From positions 1 to 64,000 of IMG/VR virus record IMGVR_UViG_3300015371_000014: a DNA stretch of 64,000 bases. One strand, 5' to 3'. The notes under the pieces were generated by a model. The model was not told where the DNA came from. It saw only the letters and a program-made list of their open reading frames with translations, and searched no databases. The position numbers and the translations under genes are program-made. The DNA is from a virus. Below, in pieces: positions 9,078 to 17,575 of the stretch. Each line of letters starts with the position of its first letter. The first letter of the stretch is position 1.

Positions 9078-10700
9078 ATGGCCGCGAATCTGATTTATCC
9101 CAATGGCGGAAGAATCACTTCGCGGCTCATCGTGCCGGATAGTGCCGATAAGACACGGGCGACCGTCGTTTCCGATGCGTTCTTTGGCCCAGCGTCTTCC
9201 GGCACAGCCTTTGCCGTTCCGAAAGCGACCGCAATTGGCGCAGGAATAGCCCCGCAGGTTTTGACATCTGTCAATCCGCCCCTCGCGACAGGAACCGGCG
9301 CGGGACTCGTTCCGACCCTTGCCCTTGTTGTGCCAAAAGCGGCCTCGACAGCGGCAGGAATAGTCCCACAGGTATCAAACACCTACTCTGCTCCTCTTGC
9401 CACCTCTACGGGCCTAGGAATCGTTCCTGGGGCATCTCTCGTTGCTGCTCCTCCCAAAGCAACCTCGACAGCAGCCGGAATCGCCCCACAGACCACGATC
9501 TCCTTTGCCGTTCCTGTGGCAACGGCCACGGGTGTGGCGTTTGCCCCAGATCTCGTCACAGGGGTGGTTTTCGCCCCTCCTGTTGCAACGGCCACCGGGA
9601 CAGGCATTGCTCCAGCGATGGGGGTTACCGCTGCGCCTCCCGTAGCAACATCTACGGTAGCGGGACTCGCGCCAACGCTCGCGATCTCTCCACCAAAAGC
9701 CACCGCGACCGGATCTGCTCTCGCACCTGTTCTGGCCCTCGCTCCACCGAAGGCATCTGCCACAGGTGCCGGAATCGCGCCTACCGATGTCACGACAGCT
9801 GCTCCCGCCAAGGCTACCGCCACCGGATCTGCCCTCGCGCCATCGTTGGCACTTGCACCACCAAAGGCATCCGCCACCGGGCAAGGATTAATCTTTACGC
9901 CCCAGACGGTGTATCCGGTCCCGGTCGCCACCGCAGCGGCAGTCGCGTATCCGCCAGATCTGCCGGGATTCCCCACCGTCTTTGCTCCTCCCAAGGCAAC
10001 TGCCACGGGGGCTGGTGTTGTTCCGTCCCTGGCAATTGCCCTCAACCCGCCAAAGGCGTCTGCCACAGGCCAGGGCATTGCACCTGCCATTGCAACCGCT
10101 TTTGCTGTTCCACGGGCCACTGCTACTGGGGCGGGAATCGTCCCTGCTGCTGTTGTTGCACCTGCGCCACCAAAAGCATCTGCGACCGGACAAGGCATTG
10201 TTCCCGCGCTCAAGGCGGCGATCTCCGTTCCGAAAGCGACGGCAACAGGGGCTGGTATTGCACCGTCTGTAGGGATCGCTGTTCCTCGCGCTACCGCTAT
10301 CGGGGCCGGAATCGTTCCCGCGCTCAAAGCGGCGATTGCTCTTCCCAGAGCCATCGCCACGGCTCAGGCGTATGCGCCAGAGGTTGTCTATCAGACCGGC
10401 GTCTTCGATGTCCCACGGGCGAACGCGACCGGGCAGGGCTTTGTTCTCACGCCCAGGGTGACGCTCTCTCTTCCCAAGGCTGCGGCGACGGTCGTTCCTT
10501 ACGCGCCGACGATGTTTACCTTCCGGCCTCAGCCGCAGTATTTCTTTGCGGAGATTGATCTGTCGTATCCTTTGCGAGCATCTCTGGAGCCAAGTCAGAA
10601 GCTCAGCGCAGAGATGACCTATGGCGTCACGATGAAGCAAAAATACGACCCTGATATCACGATTGTCCTGGGTGGTGTCCTTGATCTGGTGGAGGTGTAA
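9078..10700 (+). CDS. Ala/Pro/Thr-rich tandem-repeat protein (about 22 repeats of 18-23 aa)
   Basis: Repeat consensus P(K/V/R)ATATGxGxxP counted in the translation. Confidence 0.75.
   Translation: MAANLIYPNGGRITSRLIVPDSADKTRATVVSDAFFGPASSGTAFAVPKATAIGAGIAPQVLTSVNPPLATGTGAGLVPTLALVVPKAASTAAGIVPQVSNTYSAPLATSTGLGIVPGASLVAAPPKATSTAAGIAPQTTISFAVPVATATGVAFAPDLVTGVVFAPPVATATGTGIAPAMGVTAAPPVATSTVAGLAPTLAISPPKATATGSALAPVLALAPPKASATGAGIAPTDVTTAAPAKATATGSALAPSLALAPPKASATGQGLIFTPQTVYPVPVATAAAVAYPPDLPGFPTVFAPPKATATGAGVVPSLAIALNPPKASATGQGIAPAIATAFAVPRATATGAGIVPAAVVAPAPPKASATGQGIVPALKAAISVPKATATGAGIAPSVGIAVPRATAIGAGIVPALKAAIALPRAIATAQAYAPEVVYQTGVFDVPRANATGQGFVLTPRVTLSLPKAAATVVPYAPTMFTFRPQPQYFFAEIDLSYPLRASLEPSQKLSAEMTYGVTMKQKYDPDITIVLGGVLDLVEV
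9261..9274. promoter_or_regulatory. Palindrome TTGACATCTGTCAA
   Basis: Inside the repeat-protein CDS (LTSVN). Confidence 0.8.
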
Positions 10701-10702
10701 GA

Positions 10703-10990
10703 ATGAAGGTCTTTACCGTGAATGGAGGAGACACCATTCGCCTCACAGCCAAGGATGTCTCCCACGCTGATGTTGGCCCGATCACCACGGGCCTGACTGG
10801 TTCTGTCAGCATTGTGAGCATGTTGACGCAGCAGGTTGTGGGTGGTCCCGTTCCGATCACGTTACATAGTGGCGATGATTGGTACGTGGATCTCATCTCG
10901 CCTGCTACTGACGGTCAGTATCGGATTGACATGCTGATCAACTACCTCACGGCCAGTCGTACCCTGCAGCTGAAACTGATTGTGGTGTAG
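10703..10990 (+). CDS. Small beta-sandwich (Ig/BppU-like) protein
   Basis: GDTIRL and DGQYRID alternating beta pattern; GGAGG RBS. Confidence 0.5.
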   Translation: MKVFTVNGGDTIRLTAKDVSHADVGPITTGLTGSVSIVSMLTQQVVGGPVPITLHSGDDWYVDLISPATDGQYRIDMLINYLTASRTLQLKLIVV

Positions 10991-10992
10991 CC

Positions 10993-11676
10993 ATGACGAT
11001 CAACCGTGTCTCGCACATTGCCCCAGAAGAGATCTCGTTTCTGGAAAACAATCCCAACAAAGGCTCTGAACGAGGTCATCACCACATCCGGAAGTCGATA
11101 GAGAAGTTGAAGTTTGGTCGCCCGATGTTGATGGGGCGAGATGGCGGAATGATCGCCGGAAACCAGACGATGGAGATCGTGCAGGATCTGGGCCTGCCAA
11201 TCGAGGTGGTAGAGAGTTATGGGGACGTGGCGATTGTTCACAAGCGTTTGGATCTCAGTTCAGACGACCCGAAAGCGATGGAGCTTGCGATTGCTGACAA
11301 TCGTTCTTCAGAAGTGGGTCTTGCCTGGGATATGGATGTTCTCGACCATGCACGAAGCCAGGGCCTCACAGATGACTGGTGGTTCGAAGCAGAGCTTGAC
11401 GAACTCGACATAGAAACAGCCGGAAAAGGCCAAACTAAAGAGATGGAGCATGCGATTGAGGATCTCTCCCTCAATGATGAGCCGATTGACCTGGAAGACG
11501 ACGATTCCGTCAAACCCGGCCAAGCGTTTATCCTTGGACATCATCGCCTTGTGGTAGGCGTCGCTACCAGAGGTGGAGATGCCAACGTAATGATCGCGGC
11601 GTGGCAGAGGTTTACCGGCCACAAGGCCATCCGTGATGACGCCTTTGATGAGTTTATGGAACTGACCAATGACTAG
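10993..11676 (+). CDS. ParB/Srx-domain protein (MTase-fusion type lacking the MTase core)
   Basis: NPN...SIEKLKFGRP...IAGN...LAIADNR; typical position before terminase. Confidence 0.75.
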   Translation: MTINRVSHIAPEEISFLENNPNKGSERGHHHIRKSIEKLKFGRPMLMGRDGGMIAGNQTMEIVQDLGLPIEVVESYGDVAIVHKRLDLSSDDPKAMELAIADNRSSEVGLAWDMDVLDHARSQGLTDDWWFEAELDELDIETAGKGQTKEMEHAIEDLSLNDEPIDLEDDDSVKPGQAFILGHHRLVVGVATRGGDANVMIAAWQRFTGHKAIRDDAFDEFMELTND

Positions 11677-12442
11677 CCCCGGTATTCAAGCCATGCACGA
11701 TGCGCCCCGCTGCGGAGCTTTTACGGAGCGCGGCCCCTGCAAGCGACCAGCCAGTGCTAATGGGCGCTGCCATGTTCACGGAGGAAAGTCCGTGATTGGC
11801 CCATCTCATCCGCAATTCACAGGGCAACAGAGAACGACCTACACGGATCGGATGCAGGCCAATAAGAAGCTGATGGAAACCTACGTGGAGGTCATCAGCG
11901 ACCCAGAGCTTCTCAACCTCTCCAGTGAGATCGCGCTCATGAAGGCGCATATCGCGGAGCTTATCGAGACAGTCACCAAAAATGGCGAGACAGATGATCG
12001 CTGGGATCGAGCGCGAAGAGCCTGGAACCGCTTTGTCAAAGCTCGTCGCGCCAAGGTGGCCTCCCAGTATGCGGAGGCACTGCGCGAGCTTGAGGATGTG
12101 TTTACCGAACATGCCACAGACAAGATGTTGTGGGATGACATTCACGATAGTCTGGTGGTGCTTGATAAGTTGGTGGGGCGAGAGAATAAGCGACGAGCCA
12201 CGATGCAAGCCATGCTCTCGACTGAACAAGCGGTGGCCCTCCTGGCTCGTATGGTGGCAATCATTCAGGATAACGTGACCGATCAAGCTGCCCTGGGGGT
12301 GATTCACAAAGAAGTTCGTCGTTTGCTGATCGATAACCCTTCTCTGGCCGCTGGGGTTGGGCGCGTAGACTCTCGCAAGAAGGAAACGTTCTTTGAGCGA
12401 GGAGATCTCCCTGAATCGATTGAAGTAGCTCTCAATGGCTGA
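11669..12442 (+). CDS. terS: Terminase small subunit (HGGxS motif)
   Basis: RCGA...PC...GRCHVHGGKS; immediately upstream of TerL. Confidence 0.7.
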   Translation: MTSPGIQAMHDAPRCGAFTERGPCKRPASANGRCHVHGGKSVIGPSHPQFTGQQRTTYTDRMQANKKLMETYVEVISDPELLNLSSEIALMKAHIAELIETVTKNGETDDRWDRARRAWNRFVKARRAKVASQYAEALRELEDVFTEHATDKMLWDDIHDSLVVLDKLVGRENKRRATMQAMLSTEQAVALLARMVAIIQDNVTDQAALGVIHKEVRRLLIDNPSLAAGVGRVDSRKKETFFERGDLPESIEVALNG

Positions 12443-13988
12443 GATCACAGGACTGATTGATCCCTTTGCCCCGGTAGAGGGATATGATCCCCAGACAGAG
12501 CGCTTGCTCAACATCTGGGATACCGTCCTGGTTGATCGACCGACAAATGCGGAGTATCCCACCGACCCGATTGAGTTTATGCACGATTACCTGGGGATTC
12601 GCCCCTGGGCCAAGCAAGAGGAGATCGTCTATGCTGTCTGGGAGAACCGTTACACTTCTGTGGCATCCTGCCACGCTATCGGCAAAAGCTTCATCACTGC
12701 TGCCATCCTCATTACGTTCCTTCACACCCACGAGAACTCCATTGTCCTCTCCACCGCGCCAACCGGACGGCAAGTCGAGCATGTCCTCTGGCGTAACGTT
12801 CGTTCCCTCTGGAGACAAGCCAAAAGACCCCTCTTAGGGCGTCGGCCCCTCACGACCCGCTATGACATCGCGGATAACTGGTACGCGATGGGATTCAAGC
12901 CCAACGACCAGGAAACGGACCCTCTGCAAGGATTCCACGCCGAAAACTTACTCGCCATCATCGATGAAGCAGCGGGATCTCCTCCCTCGATCATTGACGG
13001 CATGATGGCGGCAATGACCTCTGGGGGATCGAAAATGATGATGATCGGTAACCCCACCTCCACGTCTGGTCCGTTTTTTGACTCCCATCACTCCAAAAAA
13101 GACCAATTCAAGACCTTTACCGTAGCGTGGCCCGATACCCCGAACTACACAGAGGGATACGACAAATTCGGCTATCTGATCACCCAGAAATGGGTTGATG
13201 ACGTGATTAGCCGGTATGGGGAAGAATCTCCCTACGTACAGTCCCGTGTCTATGCCCGATGGGTCAGTTCAGACGATGTGCTGATTTCTGGCTCTGATAT
13301 CGAGACGGCTCAGAACAGAGAGATCACCGAAGAGCAGTTTGCCATTCTGGAGCCGATTGAAGCTGGTCTAGACGTTGCTCGTGATGGTGGTGACCGCACC
13401 ATCCTCTGTATCCGGCGAGGAGCCTGGGTTGAGGGGATGTATCAGATCACCTCTGGCGACGGCATGGAAACAGCCGGAAAGGCGCTGCGGAAGATTCGAG
13501 ACATCGTTGGAGACGTGCCGGTTCACCTCAAGATCGATGAGATCGGTGTGGGCACCTCAGTCCTCGACTTCGCCAATCTTGCCACCAGGGACTTTTCGGA
13601 GTACCGCACCATTCGTGTTACTGGGGTGAACTTTTCCAAAAAGCCATGGGATATGGAGCAGTATTACAACCAGCGCTCTGAGGCGTACAATCTACTTGCT
13701 GGCCGATTCAAGTCTGGTCAGATCGGTGGAAATATTGCCAATGAGGCCGCGAGTGAGCTTTCGGACATTAAGACCAAATACAACGGGAAACACACCCAGC
13801 CAGTGGTGGAACCTAAGGATGAAATCAAGAAAAGACTGGGCCGCTCCCCGGACTACGCTGATGCGATTGTGTTAGCGTTCTACAACCCGCCACCCGATGA
13901 GATCAAACCGATAGGGGTGCTGGCATTCGGATACGCCAAGAACAACGTCCATACCTCTGGCGTGCCGCTGCAAATCAAGAAGAGGTGA
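12435..13988 (+). CDS. terL: Terminase large subunit
   Basis: Walker A CHAIGKS, Walker B IIDEAAG, GNPT, nuclease GLDVARDGGD and SPDYADA. Confidence 0.95.
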   Translation: MAEITGLIDPFAPVEGYDPQTERLLNIWDTVLVDRPTNAEYPTDPIEFMHDYLGIRPWAKQEEIVYAVWENRYTSVASCHAIGKSFITAAILITFLHTHENSIVLSTAPTGRQVEHVLWRNVRSLWRQAKRPLLGRRPLTTRYDIADNWYAMGFKPNDQETDPLQGFHAENLLAIIDEAAGSPPSIIDGMMAAMTSGGSKMMMIGNPTSTSGPFFDSHHSKKDQFKTFTVAWPDTPNYTEGYDKFGYLITQKWVDDVISRYGEESPYVQSRVYARWVSSDDVLISGSDIETAQNREITEEQFAILEPIEAGLDVARDGGDRTILCIRRGAWVEGMYQITSGDGMETAGKALRKIRDIVGDVPVHLKIDEIGVGTSVLDFANLATRDFSEYRTIRVTGVNFSKKPWDMEQYYNQRSEAYNLLAGRFKSGQIGGNIANEAASELSDIKTKYNGKHTQPVVEPKDEIKKRLGRSPDYADAIVLAFYNPPPDEIKPIGVLAFGYAKNNVHTSGVPLQIKKR

Positions 13989-13998
13989 CAGGTGTCAA
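13985..13998. promoter_or_regulatory. Palindrome GTGACAGGTGTCAA
   Basis: Contains the terL TGA stop and the portal GTG start. Confidence 0.85.
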
Positions 13999-15866
13999 AT
14001 TCGGTGGATGACAACAACGTCGAGAGGATGTCAGAGACTGAGCGGCAAGCCTTTTACACGGATCTGGAAAACCTGATCAGGGCTGGCGCGACCAACCGCG
14101 AGGTGGCTGAACACTTCTCATTCAACCCTGTCACCGCTCGTCGCCACATCAACTATGTCAAGGGATTACTAGAGGGCGAAAAACGCGCCAGATCCGCCCA
14201 GGGACAGGAGCGGACTCACCCTCCCCAAATGATTCGCGCCACCACGGTCATTACCGATCAGAGTGGCCTTGATGTCTTCAGTAAGCCCATTACCCTGCGT
14301 GGTGGTCGTAGCACAAGCATTGGTAACGCTCTACGGTTGGGGCAACTTGTCACACACCCTGAATCGGGAGAATTCCGCTTAGAGGATACCGACTCTGCCA
14401 CGCTGCGTGCGATGTCACCTGCGGATCTGATTCCGCTGGTGTTGCGCGTGTCGCCAGAGATGTCCCGCGCTCTGTACGACTTTCTGCGAATGGCGAACCC
14501 TGGCTGGACTCTACGGGCCTTTAATGTCGGAACGGATGAACCCAATGACCAGGGACAGCAGTTCCTCAACTTCGCCATCAAAACCCTCGACAACCGCCCC
14601 GGCAAAACCGCCAATACCACCTTTAACTCCATGCTTGCAGGTGAGTTTGTCAGAGGTGCCCTCTTCTGCGAAATGGTTCTTTCTCCGAAAGATGCGCGGA
14701 CTTTCGTGGACATTGTCACCCCAGATCCCTTCACCGTTGCCTTCCGCGTCATCAACGACCCAGACACCGGAGGACAGGGATTTGAGTTAGTCCAGGGTAA
14801 GGGCCGCGATGCCATCGTCCTAAAAGAGCCAACCATCAAATACATCTCTGTAGATCCTCTTCCTGGCACCCCCTACGGCACCTCTCCTCTGGCACCGGGC
14901 CTGTTCCCCTGTCTGTTTATTCTGACGATGTTTCAGGATGCCAGACGAGTGGTGGCGCAGCAGGGGTGGCCGCGCTTGAACATCGCCATCGATATTGCCG
15001 CCATGCTGGAAACAATGCCTGCTCAGGATCAGCAGGACACCGAAAAGGTCAGACTGTTCGTGCAGGAGGCCATCAATCAGGTGGCGGCGGCGTATACCGA
15101 CCTCCAGCCCGATCAAGCCTTCGTGCATACCTCTACGGTCAAATTTGAGCCTCCTATAGGCGCGATAGGCGACTTAGAAGGGGTAGCTCCCTTATTCGAT
15201 GTTTTGGAGCGTATGGCGGTCAGATCGCTGAAATCGATGCCCCTGCTGATGGGCATGCCGGAAGGTGTTTCAGAGGCAAACGCCAACCGGCAGTGGGAAG
15301 TGCATGTCGTCTCAATCAGGGCGATGCAGAACATCGCGGAATCCGCCCTGAGCAGCCTTTTCACACTGTATCTGGAAGCAAATGGGATCGCGGCGGAAGC
15401 ACGCTTCAAATTCGATGAAATGCGTGCTATCGAAGAGCTTCGCGAAGCTCAGACTCATTTCCAGAAGCTGGAGAACGCCCAAGCCTCAGAACTGGCCGGA
15501 TATCGCACCCACGATGAGGCATCGGTCTATGCGGTTGGCAAACCCGCCGCCAATACCGAAATTGGCGTGATTGGCGACAAAAACGTTGGTCAGGGCAAGG
15601 GCAAGACCTTTGCGGGAGATACGGGCGACGAGAAGCCGATCCAAGGAGATGATGGTGCAAAAAGAATGGAAACACTCATCCGAATGCTGGAAAACCCTGT
15701 TACCGCCCAGGGAGTCGCTTATGGGGTTGCGTTGGCCGGAAATATCCTTGGCGATGAGTCGTATCCTGCACTGGCCGATGGAATTCGCGTCCTTGCTAAC
15801 GGACACGAGGAAATGCAAGAATCTCTGTCGGATACTGACGACATACTCACTGTACAGGGTTTGTGA
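13992..15866 (+). CDS. Portal protein with N-terminal HTH-like extension
   Basis: Position after TerL; size; PYGTSPL motif. Confidence 0.8.
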   Translation: MSNSVDDNNVERMSETERQAFYTDLENLIRAGATNREVAEHFSFNPVTARRHINYVKGLLEGEKRARSAQGQERTHPPQMIRATTVITDQSGLDVFSKPITLRGGRSTSIGNALRLGQLVTHPESGEFRLEDTDSATLRAMSPADLIPLVLRVSPEMSRALYDFLRMANPGWTLRAFNVGTDEPNDQGQQFLNFAIKTLDNRPGKTANTTFNSMLAGEFVRGALFCEMVLSPKDARTFVDIVTPDPFTVAFRVINDPDTGGQGFELVQGKGRDAIVLKEPTIKYISVDPLPGTPYGTSPLAPGLFPCLFILTMFQDARRVVAQQGWPRLNIAIDIAAMLETMPAQDQQDTEKVRLFVQEAINQVAAAYTDLQPDQAFVHTSTVKFEPPIGAIGDLEGVAPLFDVLERMAVRSLKSMPLLMGMPEGVSEANANRQWEVHVVSIRAMQNIAESALSSLFTLYLEANGIAAEARFKFDEMRAIEELREAQTHFQKLENAQASELAGYRTHDEASVYAVGKPAANTEIGVIGDKNVGQGKGKTFAGDTGDEKPIQGDDGAKRMETLIRMLENPVTAQGVAYGVALAGNILGDESYPALADGIRVLANGHEEMQESLSDTDDILTVQGL

Positions 15867-15973
15867 GTGCGCCGCCTCACCAAGATCACGGCAGTCGCGT
15901 TTATTTGCTGCTGGGCGACAGCCTGCGCGTACGACCGGCTCCTCACGCGCATCCAAGCGGACTACCTAAATCC

Positions 15974-16002
15974 TTGACAAAGCAGCGATGTTGCAGTACT
16001 CT
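15974..16002 (+). promoter_or_regulatory. Sigma70-type promoter
   Basis: TTGACA-17-TACTCT. Confidence 0.65.
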
Positions 16003-16093
16003 CTAAATGCACCTCCTGCGGGTGCCACAATTAGCAAATGGACCGGAATGCCGCGAGTTGGTGCCCCCGGTCCATTTGCGTATAAGGAGGATT

Positions 16094-16516
16094 ATGGAAA
16101 GCGCACAGCGGGAACTTCTCCAGGTCATTGCCCAGAACACCCATATGATGACCATGGCGCTGATGGACATCGCTGGAGTAGGCAAGATCACCAACGACGG
16201 TCAGGGTCATCTCAGTCTTAACTTCTACACCAACGAACAGCGCGAAGCAGCACCACCCCCACGACAACGCATCACCCCCGGTGAAGTCTCCACCCGATGG
16301 GAATCGCAAGGAGTTGCGGCAGCATGGGTTTTCACCTCTCCTCCACCCTGCAAAGACGTAGAAATCGTCTGCTCCCCCGACAACACTGCCGATCTCGGGA
16401 TGCGCTGCTACGCCACACAGAAGTTGGTGGGCGGGGAGAGGAAGAGCTACTCGATAGTCTTTATGGATATCGATCAACTGGCGCAATACCGGGAGTACCT
16501 GGAGAGGGAGACATAG
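16094..16516 (+). CDS. Hypothetical protein
   Basis: RBS AAGGAGG before ATG 16094 (the ORF track starts at 16007). Confidence 0.55.
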   Translation: MESAQRELLQVIAQNTHMMTMALMDIAGVGKITNDGQGHLSLNFYTNEQREAAPPPRQRITPGEVSTRWESQGVAAAWVFTSPPPCKDVEIVCSPDNTADLGMRCYATQKLVGGERKSYSIVFMDIDQLAQYREYLERET

Positions 16517-16664
16517 TGACCCAGCACTGGCGTAAAGACAAAGAGGGGAACTATTGGGTGAAGACTATTGACGGCGAGCGACCAGCCACCCTGAACGAGA
16601 TCGAGCAGATCAAGGAACAGCTTCGTCGCCCTGCCAATGATCCCCGTCAGCAGAAAAAGATCTA

Positions 16665-16874
16665 GTGCTTGCTCAGCACAAAGTTCACAAGATCTCTCTG
16701 GAGGGATGGCAAATCACCAAAGAGGGCAAGATCCTGCTCGATATCCTTGTGGCTTACAAAGATGCTCAGGATACCGGGTGTGGGATAAAGAAGCTGTTCC
16801 TTGTTCTTCTCCCTGATAAGCCAGATTCCCAGGACTGGATTGCGTTTGGCCTGCCGGATCCCAACGAAAATTAG
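16665..16874 (+). CDS. Hypothetical protein
   Basis: Coupled to small ORF 16516-16665. Confidence 0.45.
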   Translation: MLAQHKVHKISLEGWQITKEGKILLDILVAYKDAQDTGCGIKKLFLVLLPDKPDSQDWIAFGLPDPNEN

Positions 16875-16877
16875 GGG

Positions 16878-16906
16878 TTGACAAACTCCTGATCCTTTGA
16901 TATAAA
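16878..16906 (+). promoter_or_regulatory. Sigma70-type promoter for the RNA island
   Basis: TTGACA-17-TATAAA with TG extension, 7 nt before the first tRNA-like element. Confidence 0.7.
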
Positions 16907-16913
16907 TGTGCTA

Positions 16914-17002
16914 GAGACGATAGCTCAACGGATGACTGTCAAAGACAGAGCGAGAGCGACCGGGAAACCGGGAAGTGTGTGGGTTCAACTCCCTCCGTCT
17001 CA
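16914..17002 (+). ncRNA. tRNA-like element 1 (no anticodon loop)
   Basis: GAGACG/CGTCTC acceptor; TAGCTC..GAGC D arm with inserted CTGTC-AAA-GACAG hairpin; CCGG-GAAA-CCGG in place of the anticodon arm; GGG-TTCAACT-CCC T arm. Confidence 0.65.
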
Positions 17003-17086
17003 CGGGACGTAGCTCACAGGTAAGAGCGCCCTGGATTGATGCTCCTTTTCAGGGAGGTATGTGGGTTCAATTCCCACCGTCCCACC
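17003..17086 (+). ncRNA. tRNA-like element 2 (enlarged anticodon loop)
   Basis: GGGACG/CGTCCC acceptor; GCTC/GAGC D stem; CCCTG/CAGGG stem around 16 nt; GTGGG-TTCAATT-CCCAC T arm. Confidence 0.7.
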
Positions 17087-17087
17087 G

Positions 17088-17368
17088 TTTACTGCGAACC
17101 CTGTCGTAAGTTTCGTGCTTGGGTGCGCGACAGGAGCAGTGAAAAGTGGGAGTCACTGGCCCCGCGAAACGAAAAGGGAGAGGGTTGGGCAACACGCCCT
17201 CTCCCCCAGTACCCCATCGATAGATACCTTCATCCCAATCTCCTAGCCTGACTGGTGAGTAGTTGAAAGACTGCTCATCAGTCGTTTATACTTCTTTTAG
17301 CTTCCCCTGCCGGGATAGCTTTAGAGGGGACGGGGAAGTGCTGGCGGGTAACTCACTCCGTCCCCTCC
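17088..17368 (+). ncRNA. Candidate structured ncRNA with pseudoknot
   Basis: Several long stems; loop GTTTCGTG is complementary to downstream CGCGAAAC. Confidence 0.5.
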
Positions 17369-17373
17369 ACTTC

Positions 17374-17402
17374 TTGACACCTGTCAATTTGGCACCTATG
17401 AT
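17374..17402 (+). promoter_or_regulatory. Capsid-operon promoter overlapped by palindrome TTGACACCTGTCAA (17374-17387)
   Basis: TTGACA-17-TATGAT; the -35 box is the left half-site. Confidence 0.85.
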
Positions 17403-17575
17403 GCAATCTAAGTAGGTTGATAGGTGTCGCTGTGGTGACTCTTCACCAGTAATCGCCACAACTCGCGACAGGTAAGCGGTCCCCCTCCGGATGCTGCCTT
17501 AGTCTCGAAACGATAGCCGCAACCATGATGCATACTGCATCGCGGAAGCATTGCTATAGAGAGACGAGGCAGAAC

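Noticed and set aside
16914-17086. Canonical decoding tRNAs
   Set aside because: Neither has a 7-nt anticodon loop with U33, so no anticodon was assigned.
17140-17170. Cobalamin-riboswitch-like words (GGGAG...ACTG.CCCCGC)
   Set aside because: The T-loop hairpin and B12 box are missing and the context does not fit.
17086-17216. Theta/HDV-like or hammerhead ribozyme after the tRNA mimics
   Set aside because: Stem order does not fit the HDV nested double pseudoknot, and there is no CUGAnGA core.
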